IMG/VR virus record: IMGVR_UViG_3300043620_000003
Span: 1-26,224 of that record
Strand: one strand, 5' to 3'
Length of the DNA: 26,224 nucleotides
Source of the DNA: a virus
Taxonomy: Duplodnaviria; Caudoviricetes
Shown: positions 1 through 8,971 of the stretch, piece by piece
Numbering within the stretch: position 1 is the first letter of the stretch
How the letters are laid out: every line of letters begins with the position of its first letter
Program-made: the position numbers and the translations under genes
Notes under the pieces: generated by a model
Seen by the model: only the letters and a program-made list of their open reading frames with translations
Told to the model about the DNA's origin: nothing
Databases searched by the model: none

Positions 1-201
1 TGAACTTGGCCCAACAACTAAAGTTGCGGGTTTTTCATAAGTTCCTGCCGGAATTCTAAATGTTCCCGGCATAATAGTCGGTTTCTTTTCAAAAATTTCA
101 ACTGGATAAATCGAAACAACTGTTGACTTATCTAATGGATTAACTTCAGCGCGCACTGTTCTACGATTGTGTGTAACCCACGGGGGCATTCCAACGTCCA
201 T
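1..201 (-). CDS. Partial phage hypothetical protein (runs off the window)
   Basis: Not in ORF track. ATG at 201-199, preceded by AAGGTG and 2 nt after the upstream stop; reads MDVGMPPWVTHNRRTVRAEVNPLDKSTVVSIYPVEIFEKKPTIMPGTFRIPAGTYEKPATLVVGPSS with no stop to base 1. Confidence 0.8.
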   Translation of the reverse strand, partial: MDVGMPPWVTHNRRTVRAEVNPLDKSTVVSIYPVEIFEKKPTIMPGTFRIPAGTYEKPATLVVGPSS

Positions 202-203
202 GA

Positions 204-749
204 TTAATGCACCTTATCCTTCATATCTTGATTTGGATGAAATCCAGCAACGCCACTTCCATAGGCCATTGCATCTGTTGCATCAGTTTCATTACCGAAC
301 ATTTCTTCTTCAATCTTGGCGATTCTTGCTTGTTTCATCTCCAAAGAATCACCAGGATCGACGTATTGCGCGAGACTGCCTTTGCCCATCGCTGCATTCA
401 CAGTGTTAATAACTAATTGGGTAACTTCCCATTTCGGTGGAAGCGCATTATCATTAGCATCCGTATAAACCCATAAACATTCGTAACTAATTTTAACTTT
501 AAGTTCTTCTTGTGCTGCTTCGTTTAATTCGACTAATTTCTCAAGAATATACTTAGCTTTAATATAATGACGGTATTTAGGAACTTCTCTAACTTCGGGA
601 AATAATAATTTCACACCTTCATCAGTATGATCCATTTTTCGCATTTCCATTTGATCATCAGAAAATACAATGCGATAAATGGGCATTCCATTCCATGCCG
701 TGCCAAAATGTTCCTCTAATCGTTTATTTAAAATCTCTAAAGTTTCCAT
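204..749 (-). CDS. Hypothetical protein downstream of the head genes (181 aa)
   Basis: ORF track; collinear with the late operon; no recognisable motif. Confidence 0.8.
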   Translation of the reverse strand: METLEILNKRLEEHFGTAWNGMPIYRIVFSDDQMEMRKMDHTDEGVKLLFPEVREVPKYRHYIKAKYILEKLVELNEAAQEELKVKISYECLWVYTDANDNALPPKWEVTQLVINTVNAAMGKGSLAQYVDPGDSLEMKQARIAKIEEEMFGNETDATDAMAYGSGVAGFHPNQDMKDKVH

Positions 750-756
750 AAATTAT

Positions 757-843
757 ATTGGACGATATACACACGGGACAATGATTTGTGAGATCATGCT
801 ATTCACAACAGAATTGTTTGAATAGTTATGTATATCGTCCAAT
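757..843 (-). other. Intergenic multi-branch stem-loop (15-bp perfect outer stem plus two inner hairpins)
   Basis: ATTGGACGATATACA (757-771) is the exact reverse complement of TGTATATCGTCCAAT (829-843). Inner stems: ATGAT/ATCAT (781-797) and CTATTCA/TGAATAG (799-825). Confidence 0.8.
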
Positions 844-850
844 TCCTTAA

Positions 851-1210
851 TTAATAGCTCGGATAGTATTTAGCAGTAGTGGGATCGTAACACAGAAGCA
901 GAATTTTATTCTGAACTGTGGTACTTGCGATTCCAATATTACCTGTTGTAGCAGTAACACCAGGACTAGCATTAGAAAATCTTAATGCCAACATGTGTTG
1001 ACCATCAACAGGTGGTGTAATAGTTGCTACAGGCACAGTTCCTGTAACAGTTGTCATAAACGTTGTAGGTGCAATAGTAGCTGCACTTGCCAAAGTAACT
1101 GGCGTTGGCATTCCCGCATTCTGAACTGTAGAAAGCTTCTGAAAGTTTAAATTATCAATTACATGATATAAACCATCAGGGCTCTGAGTGAATTGCTTAA
1201 TCCATCGCAT
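851..1210 (-). CDS. Putative capsid decoration / minor head protein, paralogue B (119 aa)
   Basis: Thr/Ala/Val-rich, beta-type composition; follows the capsid gene; GGAG 8 nt before ATG; paralogous to 1223..1546. Confidence 0.65.
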   Translation of the reverse strand: MRWIKQFTQSPDGLYHVIDNLNFQKLSTVQNAGMPTPVTLASAATIAPTTFMTTVTGTVPVATITPPVDGQHMLALRFSNASPGVTATTGNIGIASTTVQNKILLLCYDPTTAKYYPSY

Positions 1211-1222
1211 TTACATGACTCC

Positions 1223-1546
1223 TTAGTAACTCGGATACCATTTAGAAACAGCTGGATCAAATACTAAAACTAACACCTTATTTTGCACTACTGTAGTAGC
1301 TAATGCAATATTACCAGTTGTTACTGTAGTAAATGGTGATGCATCAGTGCTAAAAAGATAAATAGGTCCACTGAAATATGCATTTGGAGGTGTAATAGTT
1401 GCAACTGGTACTGTTCCTGTGACGCGCGTAATATCGTCAGTTGGAGCAATAGTTGCAGCAGATGCTAATACGGGAACACTTGGAAATACAACGTTTGTAT
1501 CTCCAAATCCTCCCGAACCTGCTAATGCCGGATTTGATGTTGGCAT
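1223..1546 (-). CDS. Putative capsid decoration / minor head protein, paralogue A (107 aa)
   Basis: Starts 2 nt after the capsid stop; shares LASAATIAPT, VTGTVPVATITPP, TTGNI, VQNK and YPSY with 851..1210. Confidence 0.65.
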   Translation of the reverse strand: MPTSNPALAGSGGFGDTNVVFPSVPVLASAATIAPTDDITRVTGTVPVATITPPNAYFSGPIYLFSTDASPFTTVTTGNIALATTVVQNKVLVLVFDPAVSKWYPSY

Positions 1547-1548
1547 TA

Positions 1549-2799
1549 TTAATATCCGCTGGGAACCGCCAGATTATCAATATATGCACAACCTGCCGGA
1601 TTGCTAACAAATGTTTGCATACCAACAGTCATGTAGAAGATATCCGCAGTTGCAACGCCACCAGATGCACCACGAATCTCGAAAATACTTCTTCCATCAG
1701 TCTTGTAGAATCCAATGGGAAGAATTTCAGCACGTCCCCAAACAGCTGTATTAATGAAATCGATACGAGTCTTATCCCAGTTATAAGACTCCTTTACAGA
1801 TGCACCAGCCATCTGCATCTTATCGAAATACATATCTAAGGACTGTTCTTTAGGATCCTTATAAATAACGGAAACTAACTGTCCAATAGATTCATACGCC
1901 TGCTTTTGCGCGGGATGCATCCATGCAACAGGATTGAAATTATTGGCAATACCAATACGATTTCCAATCTTATTAATTGCTAAACGTGGCAATGGTAAAC
2001 TTAAAGCTGCCGATGCCGCGTTAACACGATTTGCACGAATTTCCGGTGTTGCGCTACGTGAAAATCCTAACCATGTTCCAGTAGATGCATTAGAATCATG
2101 GTAAGGCACACCGAACAATGCGGGTAAACTTGCAGGAGCTGAAATACCATTTGTTACAATGATATCTGTTCCAGTTGCACCGGCAATCGAAGGTGTAACT
2201 GTAACAGTTTTATTTTCAACGTCCCATGCAGTAATTAAACCCGAACCGCGCAATGTAGCGAGAGTAGCATCAAATACCTGGATTGTCTGACCATAACGCA
2301 TCAGACGAACACCGAATCCATCAGTTGTGCAAGTATAAGTATCGCTACCACCGGAAACAGCAACAGATGTAATAGTTCCAATAGAGCCAGAACCATTCTG
2401 CATTAACTGAGCATCAATCTGACGCTTCAGTTCATCTAATGCTGTAGCTGTTAATCTCCTGACACTATTAACAACAGCCTTTCGTTCATCATCTGTTGCC
2501 CACTGAGTTAACTTTGTGTATTCAATAGCCTCTAACATGAATACGCAATTTAAAACAGCCTTATCAAACGTCGGTCCACCACCACGGCCCATGTCGCCAC
2601 CATTCGGATCATAATATCCGAAAGAGCCACCGGGACGTAATTCTAATGGAACGCGCATCTGACGATTACTAATCTTCTCAGCAGTTGTAGACTTCTTAAT
2701 CGTGGCGAAAAACGTGTCATCACGTTCAAAAAGTCTAGTAACTTTCGGAAGAACTCGTTCAAGCTCTAAAGCCTGAACCTGACTTTCTACTTGTGCCAT
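1549..2799 (-). CDS. Major capsid protein (HK97-fold, inferred; 416 aa)
   Basis: Size and position after portal and scaffold; strong AGGAG RBS; C-terminal pattern GMQTFVSNPAGCAYIDNLAVPSGY typical of capsid C-termini. Confidence 0.85.
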   Translation of the reverse strand: MAQVESQVQALELERVLPKVTRLFERDDTFFATIKKSTTAEKISNRQMRVPLELRPGGSFGYYDPNGGDMGRGGGPTFDKAVLNCVFMLEAIEYTKLTQWATDDERKAVVNSVRRLTATALDELKRQIDAQLMQNGSGSIGTITSVAVSGGSDTYTCTTDGFGVRLMRYGQTIQVFDATLATLRGSGLITAWDVENKTVTVTPSIAGATGTDIIVTNGISAPASLPALFGVPYHDSNASTGTWLGFSRSATPEIRANRVNAASAALSLPLPRLAINKIGNRIGIANNFNPVAWMHPAQKQAYESIGQLVSVIYKDPKEQSLDMYFDKMQMAGASVKESYNWDKTRIDFINTAVWGRAEILPIGFYKTDGRSIFEIRGASGGVATADIFYMTVGMQTFVSNPAGCAYIDNLAVPSGY

Positions 2800-2816
2800 T
2801 TAATAACTCCTAAGAA

Positions 2817-4085
2817 TTAATCTTCCATCAAAACGTCTAATGTGGATTTGTTCTTAGGGATCTCAGTTTTTTCATCTTTGGTAGTATTATTGGCCCCACC
2901 ACTACGGCCCATTTTTACTGGTCCCTTTTTCTCAACTTCTTCCCGCTCTGTTCCTTCGCGTTTTCCAAGTCCCTTTAAAGCTTCACTCCGATGCTTTGAA
3001 ATAATACCTGGGAGAAGGGACTTTGCCTTATTAAGATGTGCGCGCTTAATCTCATTTAATGATTCACGATTAAACTTTGCTTTACTCGCTCTTTCCCAAA
3101 GTTTATCTAATGTAGCTTGAAATCTACTATCAGCTTTAATTGCTTTATCAACATCATCTAATGCATCACGAATCGCAGTTCGCTTAACATAATCCGTCAT
3201 TGAATCTTTTGGATCAATATGCTTAGCGATTGTTGATTTAATTATATTACCTGACGTCGAACTCAAATCCTCTAAAGCCGATTCAAAACGTTCCTGATGA
3301 AGTTGGGCGCGTTCATTATCTACGGTATCATCACCAATTTTATCAGGTTTCGGTCCAAATTCTTTTGGTGCTTCAAATTGGTTTTTACCGAAAACGAATT
3401 GATTTAATAGAACTGCCGCACCTTGTAAATCTTCATTTTCAATTTCTTTTCCATGTCGACTCATCGCCACGATAGTATTTTTGATTACGTGACCAATGAC
3501 ATGAAAATAAGCTGCCTGATCAACTTTTTGTAAGGTTGGAAGATACTCATCAACAATCTTATTAAATGCCTTACTATCAGCAGTTTTTACTGAATTCAGA
3601 ATTGAATCAATATCTCCAGCTAATAAAGTTTGTTCAAATTTATCATACTGTTCCGATTTAGTAACAGCATCTTTAGCATCATCTAATGTTGGAAGAAGTT
3701 CAGCATACTTCTGTTCGCGATAATATGCCTTTTCAAGTTGAGGAAAATCTTTGAAAATCTTAGGATACTTAGCTAAGATTTCCTTGCGCGGCACATCTTC
3801 TACCGCATCAAGATCATCTAACTCAACTTTATCTTCATCAAGTTCTAATTCTTCATCTTCTGAATCATCTGATTTCTTAGCTTTCTTCTCATCTTTCTTT
3901 TCATCATCATCAGCTAAGAGATCATTTTCCTTCTTTTCCTTACCTTCATCATCAATTTTCTTATCATCAGCAGCTAATTCATCAACCATATCATTGATTG
4001 ATAATTCAGTGGCTCCACCACTAGCTACTGCATCAGGAGCTTCAAAAAATAACTGAATAATTCTAAAAAACTTATTGAGGTCCAT
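2817..4085 (-). CDS. Putative capsid scaffolding / head assembly protein (422 aa)
   Basis: Lies between portal and capsid; acidic low-complexity N-terminal region, helical middle, basic C-terminal region; GGAG RBS. Confidence 0.7.
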   Translation of the reverse strand: MDLNKFFRIIQLFFEAPDAVASGGATELSINDMVDELAADDKKIDDEGKEKKENDLLADDDEKKDEKKAKKSDDSEDEELELDEDKVELDDLDAVEDVPRKEILAKYPKIFKDFPQLEKAYYREQKYAELLPTLDDAKDAVTKSEQYDKFEQTLLAGDIDSILNSVKTADSKAFNKIVDEYLPTLQKVDQAAYFHVIGHVIKNTIVAMSRHGKEIENEDLQGAAVLLNQFVFGKNQFEAPKEFGPKPDKIGDDTVDNERAQLHQERFESALEDLSSTSGNIIKSTIAKHIDPKDSMTDYVKRTAIRDALDDVDKAIKADSRFQATLDKLWERASKAKFNRESLNEIKRAHLNKAKSLLPGIISKHRSEALKGLGKREGTEREEVEKKGPVKMGRSGGANNTTKDEKTEIPKNKSTLDVLMED

Positions 4086-6360
4086 TACTAGCTCCCTGCG
4101 GTAATTTAGCAGCCATCGGAGCTTTTCCAGATGTATCCGGTGGTGCCATCATTGCTTGTTTAGCTTTATCAGCATCTAAGTGCTGTTTCATATGTAATAA
4201 GACGTTTTTATAACCGGGTGGATTATTAATTTTAGCTTGTCGACCAATAGAACTAACTGCCCAACCACGACAAATATCAGCTTCTACTGCATTGTTATCT
4301 ACATCAGGATCAATTTCAATTGATGGTAACTCTGTTGGAGTTCCATCAGGTCCAACACCCCCAGGAATAGGTCCAGATTCAAGAAGAAGTTTGATTTCTT
4401 CATATTGCTTATCACGATCATCTTCACCAGGTAATATAAAATCGTCCAATCCAATTGCTTGTCTAAGTAATGGAAGATTCTCGGGTGAAGCAATTGCAGC
4501 CATAACCTCAGGATTATTACCCTGAAGAAGTTGCATAATTACATCTTTCTTTTGTGCCCAAGTACTTGGTAACTCAAGACTTGATTCTAATTCAACTGAA
4601 CCAATTTTACCTTGAAGTTCTGCGACATGAATGAAATTATTGATAAAAGTATTGTTTTCAGTTTTAGTAACATAACGTTCATCATCTTTAACTTCTTTAA
4701 TGTAAGCAGGAATTACTTTACCAAAAATTTCCTTCCACCAAACATTAAACATTTTCCATGTCGTTCCAAGTCGTTGTTGGGCTTGAGCGCGCGACATGGA
4801 ATATTCGGCAGCAGTTTTACCAGCACCAGTTTGTTGACCACCAAATAATGATGGTAATGCTCCAGAAACTAATTGACCTGCTTCTTGAATCTGCTGACTA
4901 AATGGTAAAATTTCACCAGATAACATCGCAGTCTTAACTGTAAAAAAACCATCTGCAATCGGTTTTCCACCAGTAGGAAGCGCTGGAACTAATGATCCCG
5001 GTGCAATTTCCATCTGGCGATAAGCATCAAGATTTACTGTGCTTGGCGAAACAAATGTTTGTGGAATGCCATGTTCAATCGTTTGTAAGATTAATGACGT
5101 GAGATCATTCGTAATTTCTTGAACCGATGTGAGAAGCATTCCTAGTGGATCAAAATGAACATAATCACTTAACGGATTATATGTAAGTGTCCATTCATCA
5201 TCTAATGAACAATTTTCACTATCGGCATATTGATCATCAACAAATACACACTTAACACCAGCGGGAAATTTCTTCTTTAGTAATTTAACATCTTCTTCAT
5301 TGGGCAAAACATTAAACGCTGATGTACGTAACCAAGCATTACGAATCGTAACATTATTAATTGGTTCTTCACCAAAATATTGTGTGGATGTTCTGCCCCA
5401 ACGTCCAAAATATCCATTACCATCACCAGCTGAACCACTACCACCTGAAATTTTAACTCGCTGACCATTAAATCGATCTTTTAAATCAGGGAATCGTTCA
5501 ATTGCATTAGAGTAATGAGTTTCATATGACCAAATGAGATATGGTGTATCACACTGTTTCTGAGCATAATTCGCTACTTTAACGAACAATCCACCAAAGC
5601 ATTCAATACATTGTCTACTCTTTGGTTTAGTAGTTGTTCCGACAATCCTACTAACCATCATCTTTTTTTGCTGAACTAATGGTTCAACATTTTGCTGACA
5701 TTTAGGACAGAATTTATTGTCCTGAAGCAAATCTTCCATCTCGACATCTGAATCATCAGGATTGAATTCGTCTTTGACCGAGTTCATTATCTCAATGGGC
5801 ATTTCTTCGCCGCATGTCGGACATACGTGAATATCTACATCTTCCTCTTTTGTTTCTTTCTTATCTGTAGTATATTCACCGTATTCATAATCTTCCTTAG
5901 TATAATTATGCGCGGCAACCATTCCCTCGGTGCAATAAATGAAAAGTGCGTGCAACCATAACATTGATACATTGTTATGCTTTGCAATCAATTCAGAGAT
6001 TTGATCGCCTGCTTTAGCAGTTGCGGTATCAAGAGGATCATCAGCATCATCAGGATAACAACGAACAGTAGGAATAGTAATAGAAAGGGCAGCAATGATA
6101 GATTCGAGATACGCTCTAAATACATTAATAGGCTTATCATAATACGATCCATCATTATCTCCATAAGCCGTTTCTTGATCATAAACGCGCCAATCATGCG
6201 CGGTTTCACTCCACCAAATACGTTGGAAACCCGCCCAGAAATATTTAAGGCGCTTCCACGTTAAAATCTGGCGCTCCCTTACAGCTGTATCCTCACCTTC
6301 AAAATGATCTAATACAGTTTTGAGAAGCGTTTCGATTTTCTGATCGCGTTCTTTACTCAT
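4072..6360 (-). CDS. Portal protein (762 aa) with a CxxC...CxxC insertion
   Basis: Large protein between TerL and scaffold; P22-like portal features (GQQTGAGKTAAEYSMSRAQAQQRLG, Gln/Met/Pro-rich tail); CPTC and CPKC motifs. Confidence 0.85.
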   Translation of the reverse strand: MSKERDQKIETLLKTVLDHFEGEDTAVRERQILTWKRLKYFWAGFQRIWWSETAHDWRVYDQETAYGDNDGSYYDKPINVFRAYLESIIAALSITIPTVRCYPDDADDPLDTATAKAGDQISELIAKHNNVSMLWLHALFIYCTEGMVAAHNYTKEDYEYGEYTTDKKETKEEDVDIHVCPTCGEEMPIEIMNSVKDEFNPDDSDVEMEDLLQDNKFCPKCQQNVEPLVQQKKMMVSRIVGTTTKPKSRQCIECFGGLFVKVANYAQKQCDTPYLIWSYETHYSNAIERFPDLKDRFNGQRVKISGGSGSAGDGNGYFGRWGRTSTQYFGEEPINNVTIRNAWLRTSAFNVLPNEEDVKLLKKKFPAGVKCVFVDDQYADSENCSLDDEWTLTYNPLSDYVHFDPLGMLLTSVQEITNDLTSLILQTIEHGIPQTFVSPSTVNLDAYRQMEIAPGSLVPALPTGGKPIADGFFTVKTAMLSGEILPFSQQIQEAGQLVSGALPSLFGGQQTGAGKTAAEYSMSRAQAQQRLGTTWKMFNVWWKEIFGKVIPAYIKEVKDDERYVTKTENNTFINNFIHVAELQGKIGSVELESSLELPSTWAQKKDVIMQLLQGNNPEVMAAIASPENLPLLRQAIGLDDFILPGEDDRDKQYEEIKLLLESGPIPGGVGPDGTPTELPSIEIDPDVDNNAVEADICRGWAVSSIGRQAKINNPPGYKNVLLHMKQHLDADKAKQAMMAPPDTSGKAPMAAKLPQGASNGPQ

Positions 6361-6455
6361 TACTTTTTTCGCGGAAGCAATTTCAATTTGCCTAATTTTA
6401 ATTTAGGTAACTTTTTTAATCCTGGTATTTTAAATGATGGTCCAATGGATTTCAT
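6360..6455 (-). CDS. Small Lys/Leu-rich basic peptide (31 aa) carrying SIGPS
   Basis: Not in ORF track. MKSIGPSFKIPGLKKLPKLKLGKLKLLPRKK*; fills the gap between neighbours; its TAA overlaps the portal ATG (TAATG). Confidence 0.7.
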   Translation of the reverse strand: MKSIGPSFKIPGLKKLPKLKLGKLKLLPRKK

Positions 6456-6457
6456 AA

Positions 6458-6841
6458 TTAAATCATTGGGTTACTTGCATTAGCTTGATTATATACGCCT
6501 TTATTCATCATAGTTCGGCGCATCATATCTTGTGGATTAGACGGTGCAATACTACCAGCTCCACCAGCTTGAACACCATACATATTTCCCATACGCGGTA
6601 ATCCCATACCACCAGTAAATTGACCACCAGGTTGACCAAGAATTTTTGGACTAGGATTTGGATTCATATTAGCAAAATCTGATGGTTGCATAACATCACG
6701 ACCCGGCATAACTGATGGAGCAATAGAACCACCACCTGCACCAAGTTTATCCATAATACTATGCATTACAGAGTATTGATCCATCTTTGGTGCAATAGAA
6801 CTATCTTTACTTCCAGAAATAGAATTATCACCTTTAGCCAT
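6458..6841 (-). CDS. Low-complexity Gly/Met/Pro/Ser-rich protein (127 aa) with repeated SIAP[SK]
   Basis: ORF track; TAATG coupling to the upstream gene; composition suggests disorder. Confidence 0.75.
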   Translation of the reverse strand: MAKGDNSISGSKDSSIAPKMDQYSVMHSIMDKLGAGGGSIAPSVMPGRDVMQPSDFANMNPNPSPKILGQPGGQFTGGMGLPRMGNMYGVQAGGAGSIAPSNPQDMMRRTMMNKGVYNQANASNPMI

Positions 6842-7026
6842 TATTTAAATCCTTTAAAATTTTTAGATGGACCGATTGATTTAGATCTATATTCAGGTTT
6901 AGTTTTACTTTCACGTTTTTCACTTAACATAATCGCAATAGCTTGCTTACGATTTTTAACCTTACCACCTGAACTAGATTTAAGTTCTCCATGCTTAAAT
7001 TTATGCATTACTTGATCGAATGGCAT
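6841..7026 (-). CDS. DUF6496-like small basic protein with a C-terminal SIGPS tail (about 61 aa)
   Basis: VMHKFKHGELKSSSGGKVKNRKQAIAIMLSE matches the DUF6496 pattern as I recall it; AGGAG favours the ATG at 7026 over the TTG at 7032. Confidence 0.75.
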   Translation of the reverse strand: MPFDQVMHKFKHGELKSSSGGKVKNRKQAIAIMLSEKRESKTKPEYRSKSIGPSKNFKGFK

Positions 7027-7384
7027 CATCAACTCCTAATTCTTCTTCTAATTTATCAACTGAAGTAATTGGAATTGCATCCATTTCTTTACGCTTCTCA
7101 CGTTTTAATTCTGCAGTTTTTCTATCTTCAACTTCTAAAATATGTCGACGCGCGCGCCAACTTAAATTACTATTAACTGGTTGAGTAACTACAACTTGTG
7201 ATGGAACAACTTCTTCTTTAGTTTTAACCTTATCAAGTAATGCCTGAATCAGTTGATCATTGTGCTTTCTTAATGCCTGATTTTCAATTCTTAAGGTATT
7301 ACAAGAATCACACACTTGCTGATCTAAATAATCTTCTTTACAATCAAGACAATGTGGATTAAAAAACTTATGGAACCAATTCAT
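7001..7384 (-). CDS. Hypothetical protein with HCxxC/CxxC and coiled coil (127 aa)
   Basis: ORF track; directly downstream of TerL. Confidence 0.75.
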   Translation of the reverse strand: MNWFHKFFNPHCLDCKEDYLDQQVCDSCNTLRIENQALRKHNDQLIQALLDKVKTKEEVVPSQVVVTQPVNSNLSWRARRHILEVEDRKTAELKREKRKEMDAIPITSVDKLEEELGVDDAIRSSNA

Positions 7385-7387
7385 AAC

Positions 7388-8971
7388 TTAATGCCTATAC
7401 CTTCGAGCTGGTCTAAATGAACTACTGTTATTACTTTCAAGTAACCTTGCGCGCTGATAAAGTCGATTCCAATCTTTATCTTGTTCAAACTGATTTACTA
7501 TTTCTTGACGCGCTTGAACTTTTTCAAATTCATCGACAGCTTCTAAGAAATAGTGATCAGCTTCATCAACCAAATAACGAATGCCATCGTAAGGATCATC
7601 ACCATCAAATCCTGCCACGTCCTCAGGATTTTTCTTGTCATATGAACAAGATTGAATCGCATCAATTAATACTTTACAATTATCAAAAATTAATAACTTC
7701 GGAATATCTTCCTCGACGCGCGCTTGGAATCTACTCAAATAATTCTTATAAGCATCATCACCATGATTTCTTTGCGTCCACATGGCAACTTCTTCACTAT
7801 AAGCTTCTTGTTCATTTAAGGGAACATACTTCTGCTTCCACCTTAAATATTCATGTAATAACTGTTTACCCGCTACACGACTTCCTGGAGTATTAGTTGT
7901 TAGAACTACGTTCCTACCTAATTCTGCTTCAATCTGTTGTTGAATCGTGTGGTCTTGTCCACGATCTTGTCCAGCAGATTTACAGACTTTGATAATTCTA
8001 ACATTTTCTTTATCCAAGAATTCTTTGACATATGGCGCCCATTCTGCAATTTTAGTCCCACGCCAATGCTGTTCTCGATAAGTATATAACTTTTTAGTAG
8101 GTGAAATTGCACCCCATCCAGCCCATGTCATAGCACGCATTCCCCAATCGATAACTAAAATACGCGGCCACCAATCAGGAATATCAAAACTCTTTATTAC
8201 ATGTAATGCATTATCAGGTTCACCTGGATATCTATGAGAACGAAATTCTTCAAATACTTGTCCTTCATATGCATCCCATGCGCCGAACTTTTTAGCTTGA
8301 CGTTCTGCTTCAGGTAACGCATCTAAACTTCTACTATACTCAGGATCGATATGTGGATTATCAGCTAACGTCGCTGGAATAAATATTCGTTTATTTCCAC
8401 CACGTCCATTGATAATTGTCATCCCAGTCTTGCAGGGATCAACAAATCTTTTCCTTACCCAAGCATGGCCAATATTACCAGGATTACTAGCTGACCTACA
8501 AATAGCTGGAAGATGAGGTGCGTTTTTATCACGTCGAATTCTTTCAAATGTTAAGTAAATATATTGCCATTCAGTGAAAGAAGTTAACTCATCGAAAGCA
8601 ACGTAATTCCACTGTGCCGAATCATATTTATGGACATCATCTTCATTTTCACAATGTCCGAAGAAGAACAACGCTCCACTTTCAAATTCCCAAACTGAAT
8701 CAGATTTATTAAATTTTCCACCGTATTTATCGAAGCAGAGCTTAGTTTTACTTCGGGGAATAATTTCTTCTCGCAATTCAGGCATTGTGCGACGAAGGAA
8801 TAATCCTTTGAAATTAGCATCAGTATACCATTGATGAGTAATGGGATACATGAGCAATACGTCAGATTTTCCAGCGCCTGCACTTCCCGCATAAAAACCT
8901 TCCTTCACTGTGAGAGGCACACTGAGGAATTTTTCTTGCTTAACATGAGGTTTCCAAGATTCCCAACTCAT
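7388..8971 (-). CDS. terL: Terminase large subunit (527 aa)
   Basis: Walker A GSAGAGKS, Walker B YVAFDE, coupling motif ASNPG, RNase H-like nuclease residues ILVIDWG and DDPYDGIRY. Confidence 0.95.
   Translation of the reverse strand: MSWESWKPHVKQEKFLSVPLTVKEGFYAGSAGAGKSDVLLMYPITHQWYTDANFKGLFLRRTMPELREEIIPRSKTKLCFDKYGGKFNKSDSVWEFESGALFFFGHCENEDDVHKYDSAQWNYVAFDELTSFTEWQYIYLTFERIRRDKNAPHLPAICRSASNPGNIGHAWVRKRFVDPCKTGMTIINGRGGNKRIFIPATLADNPHIDPEYSRSLDALPEAERQAKKFGAWDAYEGQVFEEFRSHRYPGEPDNALHVIKSFDIPDWWPRILVIDWGMRAMTWAGWGAISPTKKLYTYREQHWRGTKIAEWAPYVKEFLDKENVRIIKVCKSAGQDRGQDHTIQQQIEAELGRNVVLTTNTPGSRVAGKQLLHEYLRWKQKYVPLNEQEAYSEEVAMWTQRNHGDDAYKNYLSRFQARVEEDIPKLLIFDNCKVLIDAIQSCSYDKKNPEDVAGFDGDDPYDGIRYLVDEADHYFLEAVDEFEKVQARQEIVNQFEQDKDWNRLYQRARLLESNNSSSFRPARRYRH

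Noticed and set aside
1159-1218. TCATGTAA twice on the minus strand (ATG-TAA minigenes or target-site duplication)
   Set aside because: Only 8 bp and AT-rich; GGAG is correctly spaced for the ATG at 1210; deleting the intervening segment does not restore a frame.
851-1546. Possible DGR template/variable repeat pair in the duplicated decoration genes
   Set aside because: Differences involve all four bases rather than being adenine-specific, both copies are intact genes, and no reverse transcriptase is in the window.
1544-1551. Capsid read-through or frameshift into the decoration gene
   Set aside because: The downstream gene is out of frame after TAA-TA, has its own ATG, and no slippery heptamer is evident.
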